Assembly: GCA_963745035.1 (NCBI GenBank) | Contig: CAVUVW010000017.1 | Span: 323,501-387,500 of the forward strand | DNA: 64,000 bases | DNA from: an uncultured delta proteobacterium | GTDB lineage: Bacteria; Desulfobacterota; Binatia; UBA9968 | Reading direction: 5' to 3' | In this document: positions 1 to 11,590 of the stretch, in pieces | Layout of the letters: every line of letters starts with the position of its first letter | Position numbering within the stretch: the stretch's first letter is position 1 | Made by a program: the position numbers and the translations under genes | Notes under the pieces: model-generated | Told to the model about the DNA's origin: nothing | Databases searched by the model: none | What the model saw: the letters and a program-made list of their open reading frames with translations, nothing else

Positions 1-1
1 C

Positions 2-115
2 GCGCTCCGGCGCCGCGCCATGGCGATGGATTTTTCCTGGGAGCGCTCCGCCAAGGTCTACGCCAACTTGTATCGGCAACTTTCACTTCAAGGAGAGATC
101 AAAAGAGGCCCATGA
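2..115 (+). CDS. glgA: Glycogen synthase, C-terminal end (partial, runs off window)
   Basis: Frame 2 reads ALRRRAMAMDFSWERSAKVYANLY, the typical GlgA C-terminus. Its stop overlaps the glgC ATG (ATGA). Confidence 0.85.
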   Translation, partial: ALRRRAMAMDFSWERSAKVYANLYRQLSLQGEIKRGP

Positions 116-1363
116 TGTATGTCCTCGGCGTCGTACTTGCGGGCGGTCGAGGCGAGCGCCTCTATCCCCTGACCGAGCACCGGGCCAAACCCGCGGTGCC
201 GTTCGGCGGCAGGTATCGCATCATCGATTTCGTGCTGTCGAACTTTGTCAATTCCGGCATCCTGTCGATCTATGTTTTGACCCAATTCAGAGCCCAGTCG
301 CTGCTCGAGCACCTGGACCGGGGCTGGCGCACGACCGATTTCCTCGGCGAGCACTTCGTCACGCCCGTGCCGGCGCAGATGCGCTCCGGGACGGAATGGT
401 ATCAGGGCACCGCCGACTCGGTGTACCAGAACTCTTATCTGCTCCAGCGCCACAGTCCGAAGCTCGTCGCCGTGTTTGGCGCCGATCATATCTATCGCAT
501 GAACGTGCGCCAGATGATCGACGAGCACCAGAAAAAATCGGCCGCTGTGACGGTCGCGGCGCTGCCGGTCAAGATCGAAGAAGCCTCGCAGTTCGGTGTG
601 ATGTCGGTGGACGCCGATTGGCGCATCATCGGCTTCGACGAAAAGCCCAAGCACGCCAAATCGATTCCCGGCGAGCCCAATCTATGCGCTGGTGTCGATG
701 GGCAATTATCTGTTCAACAACGAGGTTCTGATCGACGCCCTCGACGCCGACGCGGTCAATGACGCGAGCACCCATGATTTCGGCCGCGATATCCTGCCGA
801 CGTTGATCGCCAGCCACGCCGTCTATGCGTACGATTTTCGCAAGAACCACGTGCCGATTCCGTCCAAAGGCGAAGAGCCGAGCTATTGGCGCGATCTCGG
901 AACCCTGGACGCCTACTACGCTGCGAGCATGGATCTCTGCTCCATCGATCCGTCGTTCAATCTGTACAATCGCAGCTGGCCAATCCGCACGGTGGGCTAC
1001 GCCGATCCGCCGGCTAAATTCGTTTTTGACTGGAACGATCGCCAGGGCATGGCCGTCAACTCGGTGGTCGCCGAAGGCACGATCATCAGCGGCAGCCACG
1101 TGAACAACTGCGTGGTCGGACGCAACGTGCGCGTGCACAGCTTCAGCCGGATTGAAAACTCCGTCGTCATGGATTGGGTGGAGATCGGCCGCAACTGCCG
1201 CATCCGCAACGCCATCATCGACAAAGCCAACGTCATTCCGTCGGGGACCGAGATCGGCTACAACGCCGCCAAGGATCGCGAGCGCTACACGGTCTCGCCC
1301 AACGGCGTGATCGTATTGCCGCGCGGCCCGCGCAAGACGACTTGGGTCATGACCAATCCGTGA
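112..1363 (+). CDS. glgC: Glucose-1-phosphate adenylyltransferase, split by one frameshift near 680-690
   Basis: LAGGRGERLYPLT, RAKPAVPFGG, WYQGTADSVYQN and FDEKP in ORF 112..762. SMGNYLF, DFGRDILP, YWRDLGTLDAYY and a beta-helix tail in ORF 692..1363. Confidence 0.93.
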
Positions 1364-1435
1364 GTAGTGAGCAGTGAAGAGTTAGGAGAAAATCGGGGAT
1401 GACGCACGCCTCACGCCTCATTTCTCAGTCCTCAC
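1360..1435. repeat. Inverted pair of 7-mer tandem arrays (hairpin-forming intergenic element)
   Basis: GTGAGTA GTGAGCA GTGAAGA GTTAGGA ... GCCTCAC GCCTCAT TTCTCAG TCCTCAC. The right arm is roughly the reverse complement of the left. Confidence 0.7.
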
Positions 1436-1447
1436 TCGATTCATAGC

Positions 1448-3865
1448 ATGAATCGCTACATTTGCATTCACGGCCATTTCTACCAGCCGCCGCGGGAGAA
1501 TCCCTGGCTCGAAGCCATCGAGCTGCAAGATTCCGCGGCGCCGTATCATGACTGGAACGAGCGCATCACCCGAGAGTCCTACGCGCCCAATGCGGTCGCG
1601 CGGATTCTCGACGAGCGGGGATCCATCGTCAAGCTCGTCAACAACTACGCCCGGATGAGCTTCAACTTCGGACCCACTCTGCTGAGCTGGCTCGAAACCA
1701 AGGCACCGGAAGTCTACGGCGCGATCCTTGAAGGCGACCGCCGGAGCCTGGAGAATTTTTCCGGCCACGGCTCCGCTTTGGCGCAGGTTTACAATCATGT
1801 GATCATGCCGCTCGCCAACCACCGTGACCGGGTTACTCAGATACGTTGGGGCCTGCGCGACTTCGAATATCGCTTCCAGCGCGTCGCCGAGGGAATGTGG
1901 CTGCCGGAGACCGCCGTGGATGTGGAATCGCTGGAGCTGCTCGCCCAGTTCGGCATGCGCTTCGTCATCCTGGCGCCGCACCAAGCCGGACGGCTGCGGC
2001 GCATCGGCGAAAGCGCCTGGCGCGACGCCGCAAGCGCCCTCGATGCGACGATGCCCTACCGCCAGCCTCTGCCGTCGGGCCGTTCGATCGCGATATTTTT
2101 CTATGACGGCGCGATTTCCCGCGCGGTCGCCTTCGAGGGCCTGCTGTCGAGCGGCGAGCGCTTGATCACGCGCTTGACCGGCGCGTTTTCGGCCGCGAGC
2201 GACCGGCCGCAGCTCGCGCATATCGCCACCGACGGCGAATCCTACGGCCATCATCATCGCTTCGGCGACATGGCGCTCGCCTACGCCCTCGAGCAAATCG
2301 AAGCGCGCGGCCTGGCGCGCCTGACCAATTACGGCGAGTACCTGGCGCAACATCCGCCGACCCATGAAGTCGAGATCATCGAGAAAAGCTCCTGGAGCTG
2401 CGCCCACGGCATCGAGCGGTGGTGGAGCAATTGCGGCTGCAACTCCGGCGCCCATCCCGCCTGGAGCCAGCAGTGGCGCACGCCGCTGCGCGATGCGCTC
2501 GACTGGCTGCGCGACCAGGTCGCGCCGGCGTGGGAGCGCAAGGCGCGCGAGCTTTTGCGCGACCCATGGGCGGCGCGCGACGATTACATCGACGTCGTGC
2601 TCGATCGTTCGGAAACAAATATCGAGGGCTTCTTCGCGCGCCACGCGGCGCACGCGCTGAGCGCCGAGGAAACCGCCACTGCGCTCGAGCTGCTCGAGCT
2701 CCAGCGCAACGCCATGCTCATGTACACGAGCTGCGGCTGGTTTTTCGACGACCTGGCCGGCATCGAGACCGTTCAAGTCCTGCAATACGCCGGGCGGGCG
2801 GCGCAGCTCGCGCAGGATCTCCTGGGCGACTCGCTGGAGACAAGCTTCGCCCGCCGTTTGGCGGCGGCGCGGAGCAACGTGCCGGAAGAAGGCGACGGCG
2901 CGCGCGTCTACGACCGGCGCGTGCGCACCGCCAAGGTCGATTGGCCCAAGCTCGCCGCCGACTACGCCTTACGCAATTTGCTCGACGATTTCCCCGAGCG
3001 CAAGGCCATCTACTGCTACGACGTCACCCTGGAAGACCATGAAGTATTCCAAGCCGGCCGCGCCAAGCTCGGTGTCGGCCGGATCGAGCTGCGTTCCCGC
3101 ATCACCCTGCGCTCGGAGCGCCTGACCTTCGCCGCGATTCATCTGGGCGATCACAACATGAGCGCCGGCGTGGCGCAGCGGATGAACGATCAGGCGTATA
3201 AGAAAGTCGTCGCCGCCATCGCCGAGCCCTTCGCCCGCGCTGATTTAACCGCGGCGCTGCGCGAGATCGAGCGGCGTCTGGGCGGCGCCCACTATTCCCT
3301 GCACTCGCTGTTTCGCGACGAGCAGAGAGAAGTGTTGAGAAAGATTTTGGCGACCAACCTCCAGGAAGCCGAGTCGCTGTATCGGCAAATCTACGAGCCG
3401 CGCGCGCCGCTGATGCGCCTGATCACCGATCTCGGCGTTCCGCTGCCGAAGGGCTTTTCCGCCGCCGCCGATTTCGTCTTGAACCACCAGCTACGCGCGG
3501 CACTGGAACAAACACCGATCGAGTTGCATCGCGTTGTGGAGCTTTTGCAGTCAGCCCGCCTCGAAGGCGTGACCTTGGATACAGCGAGCTTGGAATTTCC
3601 CTACCGCCGATCCCTCGAGCGCGCCGCCGAAGCCTTTGCAAGCGAACCGTCGCTCGCCTCACTGGAAAAGGTCGCCGAGGCTGCCGGCGCGCTTACCCAC
3701 CTGCCGTTCCACGTCGATCTCTGGAAGGTGCAGAATCTCTTTTATCGGCTTTTGCAAGACCGCTATCCACAGCAGAAGAGCTTGCGCGCAACCGACGAGA
3801 GCGCGCGCCGTTGGGTAGAGCGCTTTGAAGACCTCTGCCGCCTACTGCGCGTCAACGTGCCTTAA
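1448..3865 (+). CDS. GH57-family glycoside hydrolase with DUF3536 (alpha-glucan-active)
   Basis: HGHFYQPPRENPW, SFNFGPTLLSWL, GMWLPETAVD, ATDGESYGHH and MYTSCGWFFDD motifs; lies in the glg operon. Confidence 0.88.
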   Translation: MNRYICIHGHFYQPPRENPWLEAIELQDSAAPYHDWNERITRESYAPNAVARILDERGSIVKLVNNYARMSFNFGPTLLSWLETKAPEVYGAILEGDRRSLENFSGHGSALAQVYNHVIMPLANHRDRVTQIRWGLRDFEYRFQRVAEGMWLPETAVDVESLELLAQFGMRFVILAPHQAGRLRRIGESAWRDAASALDATMPYRQPLPSGRSIAIFFYDGAISRAVAFEGLLSSGERLITRLTGAFSAASDRPQLAHIATDGESYGHHHRFGDMALAYALEQIEARGLARLTNYGEYLAQHPPTHEVEIIEKSSWSCAHGIERWWSNCGCNSGAHPAWSQQWRTPLRDALDWLRDQVAPAWERKARELLRDPWAARDDYIDVVLDRSETNIEGFFARHAAHALSAEETATALELLELQRNAMLMYTSCGWFFDDLAGIETVQVLQYAGRAAQLAQDLLGDSLETSFARRLAAARSNVPEEGDGARVYDRRVRTAKVDWPKLAADYALRNLLDDFPERKAIYCYDVTLEDHEVFQAGRAKLGVGRIELRSRITLRSERLTFAAIHLGDHNMSAGVAQRMNDQAYKKVVAAIAEPFARADLTAALREIERRLGGAHYSLHSLFRDEQREVLRKILATNLQEAESLYRQIYEPRAPLMRLITDLGVPLPKGFSAAADFVLNHQLRAALEQTPIELHRVVELLQSARLEGVTLDTASLEFPYRRSLERAAEAFASEPSLASLEKVAEAAGALTHLPFHVDLWKVQNLFYRLLQDRYPQQKSLRATDESARRWVERFEDLCRLLRVNVP

Positions 3866-3890
3866 GAGCCGAGGATTTCCCGTATGCCGT

Positions 3891-6800
3891 TTAAGGCTTG
3901 GAAGTTAGAATCGGTTCGAGACAGCCGGTATCGAGCGGCTTTTCGAGAAAATGATCGAACGCGGCGCTGCGCGGATCATCGCTATCCAAATAACCGCTCA
4001 AGCCGATGAACCTCGCTCCATTGACGCTATCGAGCTCCTTGAGGCGCTGTAGCAGCTCGTAGCCGTTGATATCGGGCAGCCGGATGTCGAGAAAAAAGAC
4101 GTCAGGACGAAAATCCTGCGCCATCGCGAGCGCCGACGCGCCGTCGTGCGCCGCGCGCACTTCATAGCCGCGCTTCTCCAGAAAGGCGCTCAAAAATTTG
4201 CAGGCGTTGTAACTGTCGTCGACCAGAAGCACTTTGATTTTGCCGCCGTTTGCCTTCACGGCGGTCCGGCCATTGTCGGCGTGCAGGGCCACGCACTGAA
4301 CCAGGTTCCGCCGATCGATCGGCTTGGTCAAGTAATCGTCGCATCCGGCCTGAAGGCATTTCTCGCGGTCGCCCACCATCGCACCCGCGGTCAGGGCGAT
4401 GATCGGCAGTTGTAAACCCTTGGCGCGCAGGATTCGCGCGACCTCGTAGCCGTCCATTCCAGGCATGTGAATATCGAGAATCATCGCGTGGAACGGATCG
4501 GACGCACTGGCCGCCTCAATCGCCTCGATGGCGCTTTCGCCGTCGGCCGCGGTCTCCGGGCGCCCGCCGGCTTCGCATATATACCGGCTCACCAGATAGC
4601 AGATCTCCTCGCGATCATCGACGACCAGCACACGCCGATCGTCCAGGCTCCCCTCGCCCGGCTGCGCCGCGCGCGCCTCGGGCAGATTTCTCTTTTTCCG
4701 CGGCAATGCCTCCACCGTCCCGATCGGCACGGCCACTCGAAAGACGCTTCCCTTGCCGAGCTCGCTTTCAAAAGATATCTCGCCGCCCAGCATCTCCACG
4801 AGCCTCTTGGTAATGGTCAAGCCCAAGCCGGTGCCGCCATACTCGCGGGTGCTGGTCGTGTCCGCCTGGGTGAAGGGTTGAAACAGAATCTGCTGGTGCT
4901 CCGGCGCGATGCCGATGCCGGTGTCGACCACCTCGATGCGCAGGAGATCACCGCTTATTTTAACCACCATTTCGACCCGACCGCGCTCGGTGAATTTTAT
5001 CGCGTTGCTCACGAGATTGATGAGGATTTGCCGCAGCCGTGTGCGATCGGTCTGGATACGCTCCGGCAGCGCGCTCTCGTAGCGCAAACTCAAGGACAGT
5101 TTCTTCTGCGCCGCGCGCATGTCCATCAACGCTTGAATCTCAGCGAGCAGCGCATGGACGGACACGTCTTCGATGTTGAGGACCAGCTTGCCGGCTTCGA
5201 TCTTGGATAGATCGAGAATGTCGTTGACGATCTCGATCAAATAATCGCCGCTTTCCTTGATGGTCTTCAGGCACTCGATATCCTCGGGATCTTTTAGCTT
5301 GTCGAGCAAGATGTCGGCGTAGCCCATGATGCCGGTGAGCGGGCTGCGGATCTCATGGCTCATGTTGGCGAGGAATTCATCCTTGCGCTGGCCCAGTTCT
5401 TTCAACGCCTGCTGCGACTCGTAGATGTCGGTAATGTCCGGCGAGCTGCCGATGTACCCGGTCAGGTTGCCGCCGCGCTCGAAAATCGGCGCGCCGCGGG
5501 CTTCCAGCCATCGCCACTCCCCATCGCGGCGCCGCACCCGCACCCGTTCATGAAACGGCTGGCGTTCTCGCAAAGCGGCCATAAACGCTTCGTCGTACCG
5601 GTCCCGGTCCTCGAGATGAACAATTTGGCGCCAGTCGAAACTTGGAACGTCTTCGATGCCAATCCCCAAAAACTCGAGATAAGCGCGATTGATGAACTTC
5701 AGACTGCCTGCCGCGTCGGTCAGCCAGATTATGTTCGGCGAGCTGTCGGCCATACTACGAAAACGCTGCTCGCTCTGCCGCAAAGCGTCCTCGGCCTGTT
5801 TCCGGCTGGTGATGTCTGTGACCAGCACAACCAGACCGACGACATTACCGCGCGCATCGCGGTGAGGAGTATAAAGCGCATGGATCCAGCGCGTGCCGCC
5901 CGCCCTGTATTTGACTTCCGCCTCATACTCGACCGTCTCACCGGAAAGACCAGCCTCGATATGCGGCCCTACGGTTTTCCAGGCCTCCTCTCCCAAGACT
6001 TCCCGCACGGGCTTGCCGACAATTTCTTCCTGCGGAAGGCCAAACCAGACCGTATAGCCCCGGTTGCAGCTCCGGTAGCGTGATCGCTGCCGATGTATGA
6101 AATCAGCGCAGGAACAGTGCTGTTGAGCATCTCCAAATGTTCCTCGCTCTTTCGCAATTTTTCTTCGGCCAGTTTTCGGTCGGTGATGTCGCGGGCGATT
6201 TTGATACACCAATAATCCGGCGCTTGCGTGTCAACGATCGGAGAAACAGTCAATGAGATGTCCAGCAATGTCCCGTCTTTCCGGCGTCGCACGGTCTCGT
6301 AGTGCTCGATACGCTCGCCACGCCGGATACGTTCGAGGATGCCCGGCTCCTCGTCGAGCCGGTCGGCCGGGATGAGAATGCTCAGCGGCTGCCCGATCGC
6401 CTCTTCGGCGGTGTAGCCGAAGAGGCGCTCCGCGGCCCGGTTCCAACTTATGATCACGCCGTTAAGGTCCTTGCTGATGATCGCGTCGTCGGAGGAATCG
6501 ACGATCGCCGCCAGCCTGGCGCGCTCTTGCTCGGAACGCTTGCGCTCGGTGATATCGCGAGTGAAGCAGCGGGTGTGGATGAACTTGCCGTCCTCGAAAA
6601 ACGCGCTGGAATTGACGAGCACATGACGAATCGAGCCATCTTTGCAGCGCATGCGCGTCTCGCAATCGATCACCCTCTCCCCGACTCAGGCGGGTAAGCA
6701 TGTCCTCGATCAGCGCAGCATCAACGTGGAACTCAGCAATGGAATGGCCGATGTATTCTTCTGGCCTGTATCCGAGCAGATCCAATTCGGTCTGGTTCGC

Positions 6801-8706
6801 CCACAAAATAGTGCCAGCCGAACTGACGCGGTGAAGGCCGACGCTGGCGTTCTCGACGAAATCGCGCAGTTCGACCTCGCTCGAGCGGATCTTCTCTGTG
6901 GCTTCCTTGCGAACCCGGGCTATCGCGAGATGCGCGCCGACGTGGGCCACCAACTCGCGGGCGCTGAACGGTTTAACCAGGTAATCATCCGCACCGGCCT
7001 CCAGGCCCTCGATGCGGCTCTCCTCCCCGGCCCTGGCCGAGAGCAGGATGATCGGGATCTCGCGCAGTTGCGGATCGGCGCGCAGCTCGATCAGTAAGCC
7101 AAAGCCGTCCAGCCTGGGCATCATGATGTCGCTGAGCACCGAGATCCGGCGGCTTGGCGCGGGCTGCCTCCAGAGCGGCCTGCCCGTCGCCGACGGCCTG
7201 CACGTCGAAATGCCGGCCCAGCAAACGGCTGACGTACGCGCGCATGTCGCCGTTATCATCAGCCCAGAGAATGCGCGCACGGCGGCCGTGGGGCTGAACT
7301 GCGATGGACAGGCGATCGGAAGCTGCTAATCCGGAGGAGAACGTCTCCTCGCTTGCTTCCTCCCGGTGATCGTCCGGAAGCCACCGAAGGGCCTCCTCCA
7401 CAAATGCCGACGAATCGATCCCGGCCGCCGCCGGCTCCGAAGGGCTGCCGATGCGCTGTGGATCGAGATGCGCGGTCCCCAAGCGGGATCGTGACGGTAA
7501 ACCTGCTCCCCTCACCCAACGCACTGTCCACCTGCACCGTCCCACCGTGCAGTTTTACGAGCTCGTGCACGAGCGCCAAGCCGATGCCCGTCCCTTCGTG
7601 GGTTCGCGCCGCGGCTGTGCTCGACGCGATGAAAGCGCTCGAACATCTGCGGCAATTCCTCGACCGGAATGCCGACGCCGGTGTCGCGCACGGTCAGAGT
7701 GACGCATCCCGGAGTGGCGAGTGATGAGGGGTGTGTGGCGCGAGGCTCTTCCTTCCTTTCACTCGACACTCGACACTCATCACTTCTTCCCAGACTTACT
7801 TCGATTTCGCCGTCCAGTGTGAACTTGAACGCGTTGCTCGAAAGGTTGAGGACGATCTTCTCCCACATATCCCGATCGACGTATACCGGCTCGCCGAGCG
7901 GCGGGCAGTCCACCACCAAGCGCAAGCCGCGCCTTTTCGCAAGCAGAGCGAAAATTGCTCGCAAGTTCCGCCGTGAAGGTGCCCAGACTCGGTTGGCTGG
8001 TACGAAGCCTGAAGGCGCCCGGCCTCGATGCGGGAGAAATCGAGCATGGTGTTGACAAGCTTGAGGAGCCGCAGGGCGTTTCGGTGGGAGACGCGCAATT
8101 GATCGGCTGCAGCAGAGGGGGGGACGCCGCAGGCGTCGGCCAGCGCATCCTCCAGCGGCCCGAGCATCAGAGTTAACGGTGTGCGGAACTCGTGGCTGAC
8201 GTTGGCGAAGAACTTGGTCTTGAGGCGGTCCAATTCCTGTAAGGCGCTCATTGAGAACCCGCAATTCCTGGGCCTGCCGGGTTACCTGCTCTTCGGCCAA
8301 CTTCTGTTCGGTGACGTCGGTGTTCGTGCCGAACCACTGGACGAAGTTGCCTTGCTCGTCGCGGATCGGCATGGCGCGGGAGAGGAACTAGCGGTACTGG
8401 CCGTCCTTGCCGCGCAGCGGAAACGTGTCTTCCCACGGCTCGCCGGTTTGGCCCGCACGCTGGACGCGCGCGACCACGCGCTCGACGTGATCAGGATGCT
8501 GCACCTTCGTCCAGTCCCATCCCTTCATTTCCTCGAACGATAAGCCCGGTGTAGTCGAGCCAGCGCTGGTTGTACCACGTGACGTTGCCCAGTAAGTCGC
8601 ACGTCCAGGCGAGTTGGGACATGTTGTCGGCGAGCATGCGGAAGCGCTCTTCGCTCTCGCGCAGCGCCGCTTCGGCGGGTTCTTTGTCAGATGAAACCGT
8701 CGTCAT
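3891..8706 (-). CDS. Large multi-PAS hybrid histidine kinase (PAS-HisKA-HATPase-REC-PASx4-HisKA-HATPase-REC-REC), broken by multiple frameshifts
   Basis: Consecutive ORF pieces in changing frames give PAS ([14 protein letters not shown]), [27 protein letters not shown], a REC ([10 protein letters not shown]), several [23 protein letters not shown] and two C-terminal RECs. Confidence 0.8.
7714..7783. repeat. Inverted 7-mer array element inside the kinase coding sequence
   Basis: GTGGCGA GTGATGA GGGGTGT GTGGCGC ... TCGACAC TCGACAC TCATCAC; translated as an extra segment within the HATPase domain. Confidence 0.65.
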
Positions 8707-8899
8707 ATTCGAATTGAGTGCAGTTCAGGAAAGTCCCGCCGCGTCGATCATGATAAGCGAAATGCCTTTGGCAGTGACCTCCACCCTACGATTCTATTAT
8801 AGATCGGGCGCGCTTCAAGCTGGGTCGAAAATTTATTTCTTCAAGGCTGCCCCGTCGTCCTCTCCCTATCCGCTTGTTCTTCCCATTTCCTTGTCTGCT

Positions 8900-9327
8900 C
8901 TACCGCGCATACTCCAGCCACTGCCATTTAAAAGCTTTGGCCAGAGCCTCAAGCTGCTCGGCAGTCGGCGGTTTGACCAGATAAGAGTTCGCCCCAGCGA
9001 GTAACACCGGCTCAAGTCGCTCGCTTCGTTGGAAGACGTGAGCACGATAACGATCAGCGATTCGAATTGCTTTTGGCGGCGAATCCAGGCAAGCAGCTCG
9101 TGGCCGTAAATAAATGGCAGTTTGAGATCGAGAAAAACCACCGCCGGGATCGGATAGCTGTCGCGGTCCGCGAATTTGCCGGCGCCCGAGAGATAATCGA
9201 TCGCCTCCTGGCCCGTCTCCACGACGATCACGGGATTGGCGATGCGTGCGCCCTGGAGCGCGCGCTGCATCAAGAACACGTCGTCTTTGTTGTCCTCGAC
9301 TAACAGTACCGTTCGACTATTCGTCAT
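8900..9327 (-). CDS. Single-domain response regulator, one frameshift in a G run near 8992
   Basis: VLLVEDNKDD...FLDLKLP...VLTSS. The shifted frame continues NSYLVKPPTAEQLEALAKAFKWQWLEYAR*, matching the paralog at 11591. Confidence 0.88.
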
Positions 9328-11524
9328 GGCTCTCACCGTTAAGAATCAGCCAGAAGCGGCTCCCTTTGCCTAGCTGGGATTCCACTCCCGCTTCTCCGTT
9401 CATGCGCTGCACGGCTTTGCGCACTATCGCAAGACCTATTCCCGTGCCGCTATACTTCTCGTCGGGAAAAACCCGCCCGAAGATTTGGAAGATACGCTCA
9501 TGATGCGCCGCAGCGATGCCGATACCGTTGTCCTCGAACCAGACGCGAACTTTGCCGTCCAGCCGTTCGCTGCGAATGAGGATCACCGGCGCAACCCCTT
9601 CCTGGACAAATTTGACCGCGTTGCTCAGTAGGTTGGTTATGCATTGAATCAGATAGGCCTCATGACCCAGCACTCGCTCCAGCGGTTTCTGGACGACAAT
9701 GCGCGCTTGCGGCTCCTGAAACTCTGGATTGGTGGACAAAATATCTTCGATGAGCCTTTCCAAATCTGTGGGGCTCAATTGGATCTGCTCTTTCGCCACT
9801 CTGCTGTAAGTGAGCACGTCCTTGATCAGAGAATCCAGGCGATGCGCGGATCGCGCAATCCGATCGAGCCAATGCATCGCTTCGCCATCGAGGCGTCCGT
9901 GATAATCGGTCAAGAGAGCTTTCGCATAGCCTTCCATCGCTCGCAGCGGCGCCCGCATGTCGTGTGAAACGCTATACGAGAATGCTTCCAGCTCGCCTAT
10001 GGTTTCCTCCAGCTTGACGGTTCGCTCGTGCACCTGTCGCTCCAGCTCCGCCTGAAACGCCTTGCGCTCGCTGATGTCGATGGTCGTGCCGCTCAAACGA
10101 GTCGCTTCGCCGTTTTCGAATACGACTTGGCCGCGCGCCTCGATCCAGCGCTCGACGCCATCTTCGATGCCGATCACGCGAAAATCGGCCTGATACTGGC
10201 CGCCGCCGCTCGGGTCGAGGGCAGCCTTCAGCGCCGTTCTCAATTTCACGCGATCTTCGGGATGCAATCCCTGCCGGAAAATCTCGGCGGTAATTTGCCT
10301 TCCCGACGAAATGCCCCAGTGTGCCCGCTCCCTCCCGTCCCAGATAATCTCGTTGGTCCGCAGATACCACTCGTGGACCCCAATGTTGCCGGATCTCAGC
10401 GCCAGTTGCAGTCGGGCGGTAATCCGCTCCTTTTCATCCGATTGCTCTTTGAGCAAACGATTAGCCGCTACAAAAGCTTCGCGCACAGCCTCCACTTCCG
10501 AGATGCGGCTCGATGAAACATCCACCGCCGGGTTTTTGCCAGACCCCAGTTCTCGAGCCATCATCGCCAGAGAGCCGATCGATGCCGCGGTGCGGCTGCT
10601 CAACACCCACGCGATCAAAAGACTCAGAGCTAACAAACCGCCGCCAAAAAAGATCAAGTAAAGCATTGAGCGCCGTAAGGTCGTGTCGACAACGTCGGCC
10701 GGAATCCCCAACGCTACCGACCAGCCGCTGAACGAGGAGCGGCTATAGGGCGTGTACACCTCCCACCCTTCCACGGTGGTCCCTTGGAACCAGCCCTCGG
10801 ATGACCGATCCAGAGCGGCGCGCAGGCTTTCCGATGCGAGCCGGCCGACGTTGCGCTCCGGTTCTATCGTTCGCGAGACAAATTTTCGGTTGCCGTCGAG
10901 AACCACGGCGATCCAGTTCGGCGGCAGTCTCTGGGGCGATAGCAACTCATCGATGGTTCGTGGATCGATCACTGCGGTTAGCACATACTTAACGACCCCA
11001 TTTCTGATCACCGGCGCGCGTATGCGGAAATCGTACTTCTGTGTAAGTTCGCCGAAGATGAGATCACCGACCGTCGGGCGTTGTGTCTTTAACACCTGAT
11101 CAAAGCTCGGTTTTTCCGCGATGGCGCCAAGCGGAGTGCCGGGACGCCGGAGCAAATTGATGACTTGCTGGCCGGAGGGCAGAGCCAAGTTCATCGTCAG
11201 CCATCCCGGCTGGGTTTTGAGGACCCGTGCGGCTTCGTCGTGAAAACCGGGCAGATCTCCGCTGTCGAGATAGCGTGAACTGGCCAGGGCTTGGAGGGTG
11301 CTCATGGAGCTTCTTACCTCGGCATCGACTGCGGTCAACAGAGCGCGCGTGCGTTCGGTCGCGCCGCGCTGGAAAACGGCGCGTTCGTTGCGCGCGGAGA
11401 GAACCACCATGACGACGGCGAAGGCGAGTAGCGGCACGAACGCCACCACGACGAGGAGGACCAGATGCGAGCGAAGAGAATCCGGACGCAATCTGCGACG
11501 AAACTTATTCACTATCGCACGCAT
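9317..11524 (-). CDS. Membrane sensor histidine kinase (Cache-like periplasmic domain, PAS, HisKA, HATPase)
   Basis: Two TM segments, FSYSVSHDMRAPL H-box, NLLSNAVKF, DNGIGI, GTGIGL. Confidence 0.9.
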   Translation of the reverse strand: MRAIVNKFRRRLRPDSLRSHLVLLVVVAFVPLLAFAVVMVVLSARNERAVFQRGATERTRALLTAVDAEVRSSMSTLQALASSRYLDSGDLPGFHDEAARVLKTQPGWLTMNLALPSGQQVINLLRRPGTPLGAIAEKPSFDQVLKTQRPTVGDLIFGELTQKYDFRIRAPVIRNGVVKYVLTAVIDPRTIDELLSPQRLPPNWIAVVLDGNRKFVSRTIEPERNVGRLASESLRAALDRSSEGWFQGTTVEGWEVYTPYSRSSFSGWSVALGIPADVVDTTLRRSMLYLIFFGGGLLALSLLIAWVLSSRTAASIGSLAMMARELGSGKNPAVDVSSSRISEVEAVREAFVAANRLLKEQSDEKERITARLQLALRSGNIGVHEWYLRTNEIIWDGRERAHWGISSGRQITAEIFRQGLHPEDRVKLRTALKAALDPSGGGQYQADFRVIGIEDGVERWIEARGQVVFENGEATRLSGTTIDISERKAFQAELERQVHERTVKLEETIGELEAFSYSVSHDMRAPLRAMEGYAKALLTDYHGRLDGEAMHWLDRIARSAHRLDSLIKDVLTYSRVAKEQIQLSPTDLERLIEDILSTNPEFQEPQARIVVQKPLERVLGHEAYLIQCITNLLSNAVKFVQEGVAPVILIRSERLDGKVRVWFEDNGIGIAAAHHERIFQIFGRVFPDEKYSGTGIGLAIVRKAVQRMNGEAGVESQLGKGSRFWLILNGESHDE

Positions 11525-11590
11525 CTGGTAATCGCCTGAAATCCGATGAGTTACTAATCGCGGGCCACGATCGGGATCGCTGTCATGACA

